Below, in pieces: positions 1 to 18,802 of a stretch of DNA of 64,000 bases. Each line of letters opens with the position of its first letter. Positions within the stretch are counted from its first letter, which is position 1. Below the pieces are notes generated by a model. The model was not told where the DNA came from, made no database searches, and saw only the letters and a list, made by a program, of their open reading frames with translations. The translations under genes and the position numbers were made by a program. Source of the DNA: the human T2T-CHM13v2.0 reference genome, Homo sapiens. The stretch is from NCBI RefSeq assembly GCF_009914755.1, contig NC_060930.1; one strand, given 5' to 3'.

Positions 1-401
1 CTATTAGGCTGCACCCGCCCTGGGGTCTGGGTGCCACAGATATAGATATGGTAACAGCATCCACATTCATTGGCAAACGTAGTGCCCGACCCTGCTCTAA
101 GCATGTCATATGCATTAATACATTAACTATTACCCTCATTTTACAGATGGGGAGCCTGAGGCACAGAGACGTTTAGCAGCTTGCCCAAGGCTATTCTTTA
201 GCTAGTAATTGGCAGAGCCTGACTATGAACCCAGGCAGAGTGGCTCCACGACCTACATTCTTCATGAAGCCCCCTCACTGCCTCAAGTCCTGGAAAGGCA
301 GAACTGTACACAGCTGACCACAGCACAGGGTGGAGAATGCCACCGGGAATGGGTGGGAGGCCTCACAGAAGTGGTAGTTCATTCATGCATTCATTCAATA
401 A

Positions 402-911
<510 letters not shown>

Positions 912-2857
912 TAAACATAGGAATGAGAGAGCCTGCTTCCCGAAGGAAGTAATGATTGCACTGGGACAGGAAAGATGAGTGGGAGTTAATTCAATGGAGA
1001 GAAGAAGGAAAAGAGATCTGGTCAGAGGGCACAGCATGTGCAAAGGCCCTGGGGTGAGGGTCGGGGTCATGGTAAGTGTGAGGACTGCTAGTCCTGCTCC
1101 TGAACTCTGGCCAGCCCTCCCTGGCATGCAGCCCACCCATCAAGACTCCCACCACTCCGGTTTGGAGCCGTCTAGCCAGCCCTTCCTGCATCATGCTGGA
1201 GGCCAGCCATCACCTTCTAATTGGGTCCCAGCCTCCCACAGCTCCAAGGAACAGGGCGGGCTCAGGGGACTCTTGAGGGAGGCCTGAAAAAGCCCCAAAG
1301 CTGAAAGCTGCTCTGGGGACCAATGGGGGCAGTCCTGTGGGAGAGAAAGTGGGGTAAGTTCCCAGTGAGTCTTTGGAGAGTAACTGAGTGCACCATGTAA
1401 ATGAAGCCTCGAGGGAGAGGGGGGCTTGAATAGTCACCCCACCCCACCACGAGGGCTCTGACTAGGAGACTTGCAGTACTGAAGCCACACGAATTAACTC
1501 CCACTCCTTGACTGCTTGGGAGGGCAATGATGAACGCAGGCCAAGGACGAGGCTGGAGAAGAACATTGCTGTTTGGGGCAGCTTCTCAGCCTGACCCTTT
1601 CAGGAGGCCGCTGGGCGTTTGGAGAATGAGGTTCTGAGGAGTCTCACCGTGTCTTTGTGTGGGATCCAGAGAGCTTTTGGGATCAGTGGACAAGATAGTA
1701 GACTCCTAATGGCTCAAAGAGGGGAGAGGCAGAGAGCAGAAGGAAGAAAGGGAACCGCCTCTTCATTGGTTCCCCATGCCTCCTCTCTGCCCTGTTTACA
1801 GAAAACAAAGTGCCTTTGGTTGACTCTGGACCGATTCCCCCAAAGCAATTAGAGCAACCACTGTCAGTGCTCCAGGAAGAACAGCTTCCCCCTCCCCCAT
1901 CACGCCCCCTCCCTCCAGGCAGCAGCTGAAGGCCCAACTGGGGGCCCCATGTTGTGTCTGTTGGGATCTGCATGCCTGGCCTGTCCCCAAGCCCCCTCCT
2001 CCACTCCAGCTAGCACTGAAAGGGTGCCCCATAGCTATTCAAGTTTCCGTGGGCTCAATCTAATCAAGCATTGAGGACTATGTCATCCTCATTACTCTCC
2101 CTGGGAGCATCTGATTAGGAGGAACATCACTGAATGGGCCCCTCTGAGTCCCAATGGGAAATGGGAAGGCCAGGCTTCCCCTCCCTGCCTGACCCCCCAT
2201 GCCTGAGGTAGGCCTTTCAGCAGAACCACCCGACCAGAGGCTCCGAATAAAGATGATTTGGATTCCCTGAGCCTCCTTTCCAGGGCAAGGGTGAGGGTGT
2301 GTGCACAAATCCCTGTTGTGCCCTGTTGGGTTGGGGGGCCTGCAGGATGTCACCACCCATCTGCCATGCTGATTAGGTCCTGGGGCTATTAGACAGGAGA
2401 ACCGCTGTGGAGTCGGATGACATGACCCAGGGGCCAGGGGCTCAGGCAGGGACTCAGCGCCTGACAGAGGAGGTGACCCCCACTGATTTGTTTGGGTCCC
2501 CTTACCCCCTCAGCACCCGCAGCACCACTCACCACCATCTCTTCTACCAGCCTCATGTACCGCTTGGGTGGTGGGGGGCTGGGGGCATCTTTCACCCCAA
2601 GTGGGCAGGTCTGGGAGTGTGTTGGAGCCAGCTCACATAGGCTTGCAAGAGCAGATGGTTAAATATTCAGGAATTTAGTGAGCTGGTTGTTAAACACAGC
2701 CATCATTAAAATTAAATTAAATTATATGGACAGGGTTTCTCAACCTTTTGTTCATCATTGCCTCCTGAGAAGACTTTCAAGACATTTTTCTCCTCCAATC
2801 TCCTACCATCACTGTCCCATAAAATTTTAATATCACAGATACTGTATATCTGCTTAA

Positions 2858-3103
<246 letters not shown>

Positions 3104-4208
3104 TAGAGGCAGGGTTCCATTATGTTACCCAGGCTGGTCTCAAACTCCTGGGCTCCAACGATTTGCCCTCCTCAGACTCCCAAAGTGTTGGGATTACAGG
3201 TGTGAGCCACTGCACCCAGCAAGACTTTTTGTTTTGTTTCCCCATCAAGAATCAGTTTTTGCCCCTATTGAGAATGCATGCTACAAACTCAGAATTAAAT
3301 AAATTATATTCAAAACAAAGGTAACATATACTCACAGCACAGCACTTCCTAGTTGTTTTGCTGCACTTTACTATTATTGATTCTTTTGGGGTCATGGATA
3401 TACCTGTTCTCCCCTGGAGAGCTGGTTGTGCAACATTTACCAACACACCACTGAGCGGGTCTTTTGGTGAAATAATAGGCAGCATGAGAGGCGACTGATT
3501 TTAGTCAAAGAAAGATGGGTTTGTCTAGCAAAAACCTCACTCAAAGAAACATGGGAGGACCTGGAGAATTCCAGTGGATGCAGGGAAGAAAGGAAGAGGA
3601 GCCGGAAGAGAGAAAGGACCCTCTGATGCTGACTCCATATGGGCAGAAGGGTGTCTCTCTGTGGAAAGTTAAAAATAGCGGGAAAAATATACCATGCCCC
3701 CATGTGCTAGGAGTGTTTGTAACTAGCAATTGCTTGTTTCTTCCTCAGGTACACACCTTATACACCTTTAAAGGTCAGGGGCATAAGACTGAGACCCACT
3801 GCCCCATTTCCTCCCACGGTCTCATGTCTAGAGGGTCCTATGGATACCCAGAGATCTTCATTCTGAACGGCACGCTAGGCCAGATGGGGAACACGGAGGA
3901 ATGAATGGCACTGCCTGGCCTTGAGAAGAGGGAGAAGACAAGCCTTCACATGAGATAAACATGTGAGTACTGCATCACTTCCTCCTCTCCAGGCCTCAGA
4001 CCCCCGGCCCAGCACCCCAATGACATGGGAGGAGTTCTCAGTGGGCCCTTTCAGCTCCCACCATCCCAGCCTGGAAAGCTCTCCTCTTCCTTCTATCTGG
4101 ACAAAGCTATGAGGACCGGCCTAGGCACCTCCTCCTGCCACTCCTCCGGCCTCACTCATCTCCTATCTGCACAGCAGGATGGCCTTTTATTTTCTTTGAA
4201 TTTTTTTT

Positions 4209-4314
4209 CATTTGGGGAAATCACAGGGGTCAGCACATCCAGAGTGCAATGGATAAGCCTCGCCCTGGGAAAACCACCTTCGTGATCATAGTATCTCCCC
4301 TGCCAGGTAAGTAT
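4209..4314 (-). pseudogene. U1 snRNA retropseudogene (nt 1-106, 3'-truncated, A-tailed); probably RNU1-88P
   Basis: Reverse complement ATACTTACCTGGCAGGGGAGATACTATGATCACGAAGGTGGTTTTCCCAGGGCGAGGCTTATCCATTGCACTCTGGATGTGCTGACCCCTGTGATTTCCCCAAATG, ~3 differences from U1; A-rich tail; TSD AGGATGGCCTTTTA at 4176-4189 and 4315-4328; no Sm site or SL4. Confidence 0.95.
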
Positions 4315-4371
4315 AGGATGGCCTTTTAAAACTCAGCCCACCTGCTTCAACCACAGCAAGGCGACATGTGA

Positions 4372-6222
<1,851 letters not shown>

Positions 6223-6707
6223 AGTCCTTCAGAGGCACCTATTCTTTCTGCCTTTAATTTGCTTTGGCTTTGTTTTATGTGTGGCCTTGTTTCATTTGCT
6301 TGTAAATGACTTGAGGGCGACATCCAGGAAGGAGTATCTTTTCCTGTGTCCCCACAGGGTGCAGTTCAATGCCAGGCACAAAGTGCACAGAATCAGACCT
6401 TTGTCCTCACTGCCAGCTTTGTCGACCTGCTGACAAGGGTCAGGGGGACCCAAGCTGCTATCCACCCAGGGTGCTTTTCAAAATTCAAGTCATGGAAATA
6501 ATTTAGGGAGCCACTTGAGTACTTTTTGGAAATAATGAGACAGAAGAGCAGATAATAGAAAATGCCAGCGTGTTTCTCAGGCAGTAAAAGTGTTACTTCA
6601 TGCAACTTTGTTTGATTTTACATATTTATAAATAAACAGAATAATTACAAATTATCCTAAGAGCTATGATTATGTTTGTGTGTCCGATTACTGCATTGTG
6701 GTGTTAA

Positions 6708-6980
<273 letters not shown>

Positions 6981-7972
6981 TAATCTCAGGACTTTGGGAG
7001 GCCGAGGCGGGCAGATCACCAGGTCAGGAGATTGTGACCATCCTGGCTAACATGGTGAAACCCCATCTCTACTAAAAATACAAAAATTAGCTGGGCATGG
7101 TGGTGCATACCTGTAATCCTAGCTACTCAGGAGGCTGAGGTAGGAAAATCGCTTGAACCAGAGAGTCAGAGGTTGCAGTGAGCCGAGATTGCGCCACTGC
7201 ACTCCAGCCTGGCGACAGAGCGAGATTCCGTCTCAAAAAATAAAATAAAATTTAAAGATAAAGCTAGTCAGCTCTTGGGGAGGCTTGGAGTCTATGGGGG
7301 TGAGGGCTGGGCCTCCAGGGCAAGGACTTGAAATGGATCTAAGTCACTCTGTCCAGGCAAAGAGCCATGGAGCCCTGTCCTTGGGTTCTTTCCTCTCTGT
7401 GTCCTGGGGCAAGTGACATGACTTGCCTGTGCAAGTGCTTCAATGTCCCTGTGCCTCAATGTCCCTCATTGTGCCCCAATGTCCCTACCTGTAGAAGGGA
7501 TTTAAAAAATCTGTCATGGAGTGCTGTGAGGATTACCAGGAGCTGAAGAACCTGAAGGCCCTTGCTGATGTCAGAGGTGGTTTGTTATTTCACCATTTCA
7601 TGCAAGTCTGTCTGCTCTAGGAGGGGAATTGTTTTCTTGCTCTTCCACCTCAGGAGAAAGGAACACACATGTCCCTCACCCCTTGGAATCCCTGGCTGGG
7701 GCTAGGCCAGGGGGTCAAGAGTACCCAGAAAAGTATTTCAAAAGCTCAATTCCAAGGTGAGACTCTCCTAAGGGTTTAATGCAGGTAAAATCAAGTTCTG
7801 GAAAACTTTCAAAGCAGCTTCCAAAGGGGAGTCAAAGTCCTAAGAGATCAGGAGGAGGAGTCATCCACCAGCCTCTGTCCAGGGAACAGGAGATCCTGGC
7901 TGGCTGCCACCCCTTCCTACTCTGTTCCCAGGAACACTGCCCATGAGCCCTGAGTCACTACTAGAAGCCACC

Positions 7973-8046
7973 CTGGGCCCACGGGGAGCACAGAGCTGGG
8001 TCCACGGGGAGCACAGAGCTGGGTCCACGGGGAGCACAGAGCTGGG
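7973..8046. repeat. Minisatellite, 23-bp unit x ~3.2
   Basis: CTGGG(C/T)CCACGGGGAGCACAGAG at 7973, 7996, 8019, partial at 8042. Confidence 0.95.
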
Positions 8047-9071
8047 ACAGCTCTCCCTCAAGGTGGTCCTTGGGCTTGGTTGCCCAGCAACCCCAGCCTC
8101 GGCAGCCTGCTTCTCTCCACACCGTCCCTCCCTTCTCAGGGCTGACAACACTTGGAAACCCATGCTGGCAAACCTGCTTCCAAGCAGGGAACTTGGACAT
8201 AAGTAGAATATCAGGAATTCCTGGAGGACTTACAATCCAGAAACTGGGACAGGTGTAGGTAGATGATTCCTACCCACGACCCCAGCTCTGAACCTGCCTC
8301 CAGCTCTGGCACAGTTCTCTTCTCTCTGGTTTCCCAGAGCCACGTCTAGGTCACCATCCCCTCCCCCACCCCCTCGTTCAGAGCAGAGAGCACTGGGTAC
8401 ACAGCCAGGAGCCCTGTTTCCAGATCTTGCTCAGCCTTTTACCCTCTGTGTGACCTCAGGCAGCCCACTTCACCTCTCTGGGACTCAGTTTCTTCATCTG
8501 TAAAACAGGGGTGGATTTGATTGGTTCTTGATTTTTTTTGTAAGCATTATATATTTTACTGTTCTTTCTAAAATTCTAGGGCATGAACCAGAGGAGCTGA
8601 AACTACGCTGGTTTCCTTCTCCAAATAGAGAAATGGGTACCTGCATTCCTGGGGATGCAGCTGGAGTTTCCAAACTGTCAGATCAATTTCCGGGGCTTGG
8701 AATCTCATTGGTGGGGCAGGGGATGGGCATCCTTTCCATAGCCTGCACTAGGAGGGTGCGGACTCTGGACTGCAAAGGGTGTGCTCTAGTTTGCAGCGGG
8801 CAGGGAGAATGGTTGTTCCCCACACAGCAGCTGCATTCCACCCCAGAGTGGGGAAATGGGGAACTTCTCTTGGGCAGCTCTCACTAGTATCCTCCCTTCT
8901 TCACCTCTGTCTCAACTCAGAGGTCGTCTGGCTTATTTGGTGGAGATGCCCATTGTCCAGGGTTAATCAGAGGACCTCCCAAACTCCACTCACTCAGATC
9001 TGCCTCTAGATCATTCCTGACCTTCACACCTCCTCACCAATCAAACTGATTTTTAATTAATTAATTTCTGA

Positions 9072-9242
<171 letters not shown>

Positions 9243-11080
9243 TAGAGACGGGGTTTCACCACGTTGGTCAGGCTGGTCTTGAAATCCTGATCTGCCTACC
9301 TTGGCCTCCTAAAGTGCTGGGATTACAGGAGTGAGCCACCGCGCCCAGTCCCAAACTGATCCTTGTGAGTCAGGAAGCCAGAAGACATTTAGCTCCTCTG
9401 ACTCAGAATTTCGTATGTTGAAATTGATTCTCAAGAAAAGTCACTCATGCCTGTAATCCCAACACTGTGGGAGGCCAAGTTGGGAGGATCACTTGAGCCC
9501 AGGAGTTTGAGATCAGCCTGGCCAACATGATGAGATCCCATCTCTACAAAAAATACAAAAATTAGCTAGGCATGGTGGTATGTGCCTGTAGTCGCAGCTG
9601 CTGAGGAAGCTGAGATGGGAGGATTGCTTGAGCCCAGGAGGTCAGGGCTGCAGTGAGCTGTGATTGCATCACTGCACTCCAGCCTGGGCGACAGAGCGAG
9701 ACTCTTGGGGGATGCTCCAATCTGCTGACTTTCCCTCTTTCCTCCACACCAGACGTTCAATGATTCAATCTTTCACCCGTTCAGTGTGTACTGGGCATCT
9801 GATCCATGCCCTGCTTTGCTGGGTGCTGGGATAAGGAGGTCATTTCTTCCGCAGGTATTTAGGGCCTGATGGACAGCAGCAGGAACTCTTCTTACACATC
9901 CCTTCCTTCTCGCCTCCCCTACCCCCAGCATCCAGACTCACTTCCAAGGACAGCACCTGTGTCTTGTGCATCTTTGTTTCTCAGCACCCAGCAAGTGTTT
10001 GTCACCTAAGAGGCCTTTGACATATTGCAGATTACATTTGAGTGGACAAATAGAGGAAGTGGTTTATGCCTGAAGCTAAGTCCTAACTTTGTTATTTATG
10101 GACAACAAAAGATGGAGAAAATACTTAAGGCTAGATGCTGGGTTAAAAAGTATGTACTGCTCTCCGACAGAGGACAATTTGGCCATGTCTATCAAAATTA
10201 TAAATGCGTGCACTTTCTGACCCAGCAATTCCACTTTTAGGAATTTATTTGACAGATGGATGCTCACACATGTGAACTGATACACACGCAATGGTAGTCA
10301 CTGTAGTATTGTTTGCATCAGATTGGAAATAATGTAGCCTGAGCAACATAAACCCTGTCTCCACAAAAAAATTTTTAAAATTAGCTGGGTGTAGTGGTGT
10401 ATGCCTGTAGTCCTAGCTACTCAGGAGGCTGAGGTGAGAGGATTGTTTGAACCCAAGAGTTGGAGGCTGCAGTGAGTGATGATTGTGCCACCACACTTGA
10501 GCCTGGGTACAGAGTGAGACCCTGTTTCTTAAAAAAAAAAAAAATTGGAAATACCTTAAATGTTCATCTATGGGGCCTACTTTAATAAATCATGGTATAC
10601 CTATCTATATAGAGCAGACTCCAATACTATTGTAAAAAAAAATAAGAAAGCTGTCTTGAGCATAAATAGGAAGACAGTCAAGATACACTTTTAAGTTTAA
10701 GAGTTTAAAAGGAAGGTAAAGCCAGGCACAATGGCCTGCACCTGTAGTCCCAGCTACCTGGAAGACTGAGATGGGAAGCTTGCTTGAGACCAGGAGTTTG
10801 AAACTATCCTGGGCAACATAGGGAGACCCCAGCTCAAACAAATTTTAAAAAGGAGAAGGTGAGGACAGTGTATATAGCTCATTATTCTTTGTGTAAAAAA
10901 TGGGGAGATGGGCTGGGTGCGCTGGCTCACACCTGTAATCCCAGCACTTTGGGAGGCTGAGGTAGGTGGATCACAAAGTTAGGATTTTGAGACCAGCCTG
11001 GCCAGCATGGTGAAACCCTGTCTCTACTAAAAATAAAAAAATTAGCCGGGCATTGTGGCACGCACCTGTAGTCCCAGCTA

Positions 11081-11233
<153 letters not shown>

Positions 11234-11666
11234 TTAAATATACCTGCATTTGTTTAGATAAAGCATAAAAAAACTTTCATGGAGGACATACAAGAAACAG
11301 GCAACAGTGGGCAATTTAGGGATGAAAAATAGGCTAGTGGGAGAATGGGGTGGAAAGAAATCTTTCCACTGAATCGCATTTGAATCTTTTGAATATTGTG
11401 TTATGTAAATGTGTTATCTATTACAAATAAAAAATTATAAAGACTCTGAGGCAATATGGAAAAATGCTTATAAGTTGGAAATGGATTAAAAAATGATGTA
11501 CTATATATTCAGTAGGATTACAACCATATATAATAAATGCATGTTAAGATTTCTGTTGGTAGAAGAAACATTCTAGGGAAACTTTCTTTCTTTCTTGTAA
11601 TTTTTTCCATAGATTTCAATAATATACATATGTTGTTTTCATTATTAGAAAAAACTAGTGACATAG

Positions 11667-11941
<275 letters not shown>

Positions 11942-13059
11942 TGATCCACCCACCTCAGCCTCCCAAAGTGCTGGGATTACAGGCGTGAGCCACCGTGCCC
12001 CGCCTGCATTATCTCAATTATTAAACAAGGTATTGAAAAAGACTGGAAGGAAATGTGCAAGATGTTCCCAGTGACTGACTCTGGGTATCAGATAATAGGT
12101 GATTTTCAGAATATGGCAGTGATTTCGTGCTACTTTCATCATGGACGGACAGAAGGACTCAAGAGAGGGAAAAAGGAAGGGAGGGAGAAAGAAAGGGAGC
12201 GAATTAGTAAAGGGAATTCTTGAAAACAACAGTTGTGTTAGGGTAGTAAGATTATGGTTATTTTTGTTGCTTTGTTCAGTTTTCCAAACTTTTCATTAGG
12301 TGGTTTTGTTGTTATTTTAGCAGGAACAAAACCCTTACTGTTGCAGAGCAGGATTCCACTCCCCAAAGTCCTGCTGATTTGTGTTAAAGAGTTACAGCTC
12401 CTAATTGCTTGTTATTCACTCCAAGTAAGGAGGCTCAGGAGTTACTTGGGTGATAGGAAATTGCTACCAGTAACATGTTGCTGGGGGAAAGAATGCAAAA
12501 TATCAGAGCACCCTTAAACCTTTAAAATGTCTTAGCAAACACTTTATGGAGCCCCAGTTGCCAGGCTTGGTGCTGGGGGAGTACAAAGATAGGAGGCCCC
12601 AGTTGCTGCCCAACTTGAGCGCCAGCCTTCTATGGCATCCTAGGGCAAGGGGCATCCTCAAGGAGGTCTGAGCAGAGGCTGCAAGACCAAGCCCTGTAGG
12701 AAGTGGCCAACTTTACCAATGGACAAAATTAGGCCTGTCCAAGGGTCAAAGCCTCATTGGTCCCCACCTGCCTTGCCACTGTGAGCACATGTCCACCCAG
12801 AATCTTCTTGGTGAGAAAACACCACTAATGATTACAAAGCAAACTGCCCAGTGGTTTTGCTCATTCAAACTCAAGAGACCTGGATTCTGGGTCTGGATCT
12901 GCCATTAACCAGCTGTGAGATGTTGGAAAAATCATTTCACCTTGTAAGCCTCAGTCTCCTCAATCTGTAAAATGCAGAGAATCATAATAATAATGAATCA
13001 TATCTGCTCTTTCCACCTCACAGAGTTTTTGTGACGATGAGGTGATGCAGTGTACGTAG

Positions 13060-13657
<598 letters not shown>

Positions 13658-13669
13658 GTGTAAAGGATG

Positions 13670-14135
13670 TCAAATGATGAATGGATAAATAAAATGTGGT
13701 ATATCCGTACAACAGAATATTATAAAAAGCCATAAAAAGGAATGCAGTCCTGATATATGCTACAACATGGATGGACCTTGAAAACGTTACACTAAGAGAA
13801 AGAAGCCGGACACAAAAGACCACATACGTATGCTTCCATTTATATGAAATACTCAGAATAGACAAATCCATAGAGGCAGAAAGCAGATTTGTGGTTGCCA
13901 GGGGCTGGGAGGAGGGAGGAATGGAGAGTGACTGCTTAATGGGTACAGGATTTCCTTTTGAAGCAATGAAAATATTCAGAAACTAGACAGTGGAGATGAT
14001 TGCAAGCCACTGTGAATATACTAAATGCCACTGGATTGTACACTTTTTTGTTGTGTTTGTTTTCTCTGTATGAATTGTACACTTTAAAATGGTTAAAATG
14101 GTAAGTCTTATGTGTCTTTTACCACAGTTTTTAAA
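13670..14135 (+). mobile_element. Old L1 (L1M-type) 3' end fragment
   Basis: GAATGGATAAATAAAATGTGGTATATCC...ACATGGATGGACCTTGAAAAC...GGTTGCCAGGGGCTGGG...TGTACACTTTAAAATGGTTAA motifs. Confidence 0.8.
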
Positions 14136-16766
14136 AACTGAAAAAAGTATAAACGATGGCTCAAATCTGAGTTTATTATGATTATTATTTCCACAATTAA
14201 TAATCAAAAGAATAAGTGTCCAGAATTTCAGAGTTCTTCCTCCATTTTAGGGCAGAGAAAGAAGTGACTAGAAAAACAAAACAAAAGGCAATCCCACCCT
14301 GAAAGTGTGCAGAGCTCCAGAGACACGCACTGTTCAGGCTTAGCCCAGGAGAAGTGTGGTCAGAGGGGAAACCCAGAGTGGCGAGGCCAGGGAAGCACAC
14401 TGACCTGGGAATTTCAAATTCCATCTGCGTGGGCTCACCCTTTAATTTGGTGGCTGTGTGATCCCTTGGGGGAGATTTAATCCCCAGCTTCCTGCGCCCA
14501 CACTGTTTCCCAGCCAGACTGGAAGACCGTGCTTCCTGGTTCCTGCCTGAGGGCAAAGGGGCAGCTTCCTGAACCAAAAGGGGCACACACCTGGCTTAGC
14601 TCCTGAGTGACCCCAGAGCTGGAGGCACTCTTGGATGAAGACTTTTTGGTGACAATGATGATGCAACATTTTTATGTTGATGAAGTGACATAACAAGAGC
14701 AATTTACCCACAGGACGCTCAGATGCACAAAGAAGATATTCTCTCTTTCTTCCTGTTACTGATTCAATCTCTCCCACGAGTCCCACTTCGGGGTGTTGGA
14801 GCTGGGAAGGGAAGGGGACAATTTGCCAAGTAGGTGCCTTGGTCTACTCCCATTTGAAGTGTATCTAACGGGTAAACACTCAGTCACCACATGAATAGGG
14901 ACATTTCTCCCTTCCCTACCCGCTTGTCTCCATGCCACCTTGGAGAGGGGTCACACATGGAACCTACCGCTTCCCTGCCCCTTTCCCTTCTTCCCCTACA
15001 ACACACTGGGACCTGAGGAGCCGACCCTTTGTCTCTGCCTAAGACACTTTGTCTCTTCCTAGGCTTCTCTGACCAGAAGCAGCAACTGGGGCACTGGTTT
15101 AAAATATTCATTCCCTGCTGGGCGCGGTGGCTCACGCCTGTAATCCCAGCACTTTGGGAGGCCAAGGCGGGCTGATCATTTGAGGTCAGGAGTTCGAGAT
15201 CAGCCTGACCAACATGGTGAAACCCCGTCTCTACTAAAAATACAAAAAAATTAGCAGGGCATGGTGGCACGCGCCTGTAGCCCCAGCAAGCTATTCAGGA
15301 GGCTGAGGCAGGACAATCACTTGAACCCGGGAGGTGGAGGTTGCAGTGAGCTGAGAGACAGAGCGAGACTCCGTCTCAGAAAAAAACAAAACAAAACAAA
15401 AAACCATAAAATAAAATATTCATTCCCTGTGCCTACCCTGGAGAGTCTGATTAAGTAGATTTGAGGAGAGACCCAGGAATCCATGTATTTTAGTTCTCTC
15501 CCAGAAAGTTAGAGACACACTGCTCTATGCCAGATACTGAGTTCTCTCCAGCAAGGCTTACAGTAACCTCAGTGGCCAAGTCCTTCAGGCCGACTTGTTA
15601 AGGGAACAGAAACTTCAAACACTGTAGGACAATTCCCTTTGCCTCAAAGCCTGGCTTTGAAGGTTATTGTTTACAAGGAGCTCCCACTCCACCCAGCTGC
15701 CAGATAAAGGAAACTTGTTAGTTGAGGGAAAGCAATGACTTTGTCTTTCAAACTGGTATCTGTTCCTCTTTTAATACAGGGAACCTGTTGATTCTGGGCT
15801 GGGGAGCCCCGGGGGCCAAGGTGATTAAAGGAGTTATGCTTTCACAAATGTATTTTAAAATATCCCTTCACTAACAATAATATCTAACATTCATTGAGAA
15901 CTTACTATGTGCAAAGTATTGTGTTACATGCACTCATGGATTCTCTCCTTTAATCCTCACAACCTTATACTGCTATTACCCCCAGTTTACAGATAAGGAA
16001 AGTGTGAAGCATATAGAGGTTAAACAACTTGCCTGGGATCACTGTCCTTCCAGGAAAAGCCAGGATTTAAGCTGAGTCTGTGTAACTCTAAAAGTTCCCT
16101 AAGATCTCCTTACCTACTTGATCCTACTTGATCCTTCCGACTTAGCCTCCCAAAGTACTGGGATTACAGGTGTGAGACCATGCCCGGCCTTAGCCTTTAA
16201 TTTTCAATTCCTAAAAATCTGCAAGGGCTGGGCACAGTAGCTCATGCCTGTAACCCTAGCACTTTGGGAGGCCAAGGCGGGCAGATCACTTGAGGTCTGG
16301 AGTTCGCAGGATCTTAGACTCACTAAGATCCCCTTACCTACTTTAGTTTGAGGCCTCTTGGAAATAATCTGGACCAGCTTTCATATTTTATTGCTGTGGA
16401 GATACAGGCTTGTACCCAGTAGGAAAATGACTTGCCCAGGGACACACAGCTAGTCAGCAGCAAGGCTGGAAATGGAACCCAGGGCTGGACTCCTGATCTA
16501 GTGCTCCTCCCTTCAGCCTTGGTGCCTCCATTCTGGCATTTGACGTGCCATCCTGGATATTCAGGAATTGCCACTGTTCTGAGCTGCTGAACTCCCTGAG
16601 GAATGTGGAGGTCTTCAGGGGACTGAGGTCTGCCCCACAGGTTTCACAATTTCACTGAGTTCTTAAAACGAGTGGGGCCCATCCAGGGCATTGCTTCAAT
16701 GTCATTGCACCATAAACTCTACTCCTTGATTTCTAATGTGCACATTTCTTGGTTATGACTCTGTAA

Positions 16767-16961
<195 letters not shown>

Positions 16962-17202
16962 TAATTTTTATATTTTTAGTAGAGTCGGGGTTTAGCTGTG
17001 TTGGCCAGGCTGGCATCAACCTCCAGACCTCAAGTGATCCACCTGCCTTGGCCTCCCAAAGTGCTGGGATTACAGGCATGAGCCACTGTGCCCAGCCCCT
17101 GAAGATTTTTAGGGATTGAAAATTGAAATTTTGACCTCCAGTCAAAAAGCTTCTGCGATCTTTGTCCCAGCCCATTTCACAACCTGAAAGGGGGAGCTCT
17201 GA

Positions 17203-17855
<653 letters not shown>

Positions 17856-18706
17856 TGAGATTACAGGCGCGCACCACCATGCCTGGCTTATTTTTGTATT
17901 TTTAGTAAAGACAGGGTTTCACTATGTTGGCCAGGTTGGTCTCGAACTCCTGACCTTGTGATCCACCTGCCTTGGCCTCCCAAAGTGCTGGGATTACAGG
18001 TGTGAACCACCGCGCCTGGCCCACCATGAAGGCTTAAAGAGTGAAATGTTATCTGCGAGTCTTAGTACAGTTCTCTCTAAATCGACAGCAGGGATTGCTT
18101 GGGGGACTTTTTGCCTTTAGGCTCATCTCCTTACCTACTGGTACCACCATCTGCTGCCAGACATGGTACCCCTTCATCCGCCCTTGCTCCAGATCCTCCC
18201 CTGGGTTGGCAGTTCCTGATTGTGTCCTGCTATTATCTGGAGGTCACACTTGTGCCCATCTCAGCTTTCATTTTCTGGTATGGAGGAGTAAACAGCCTTA
18301 ATGGGGAGGTGTCCTGAAAATGTCAGTCACTGCATGTCCTGCCCAAATCCCTTCTAGGGGACTTTTCTCTTCCAAAAGGGCCCTCCAGGGCCCCAGTTGA
18401 TTGCTCTGTGATGGACACCTGACCAAGGTCAGTTCAGGTGTAATTAGTCCAGCTACTTGTGCTTTATGGGACCTTGCTTAGCAAAGAGGAGCTGTATTAA
18501 TTAGACATCTTTTCGGGAATTTTGGAACCAGGCACTGATCAGTAGTGGCACCTGTATCATAGGCTGTGATGTACATAGGGAACTAGAAAGTAGAAAAGGG
18601 CTTAATGAACCAGTGAATTGATGAATTAAAAAACCAAGCCTATGCCTATGAAATGAGAAAAGAATAGAGTATATGTGCAGAAAGTAACAGAAAAGTTATA
18701 AATACT

Positions 18707-18802
18707 TGTATGTGTGTGTATATATATGTGTGTATGTGTATGTGTGTATGCATATATACATATATATGTGTGTATAGTGTGTGTGTGTATATATATATAT
18801 AT
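18707..18802. repeat. Compound (TG/TA)n microsatellite
   Basis: Direct inspection. Confidence 0.9.

Noticed and set aside
7407-7438. Cluster of CWWG cores resembling p53 half-sites (similar at 47943-47964)
   Set aside because: Multiple mismatches, MIR-like context; too weak without binding data.
7973-8046. Direct repeats resembling a CRISPR array
   Set aside because: No spacers, human DNA; an ordinary minisatellite.
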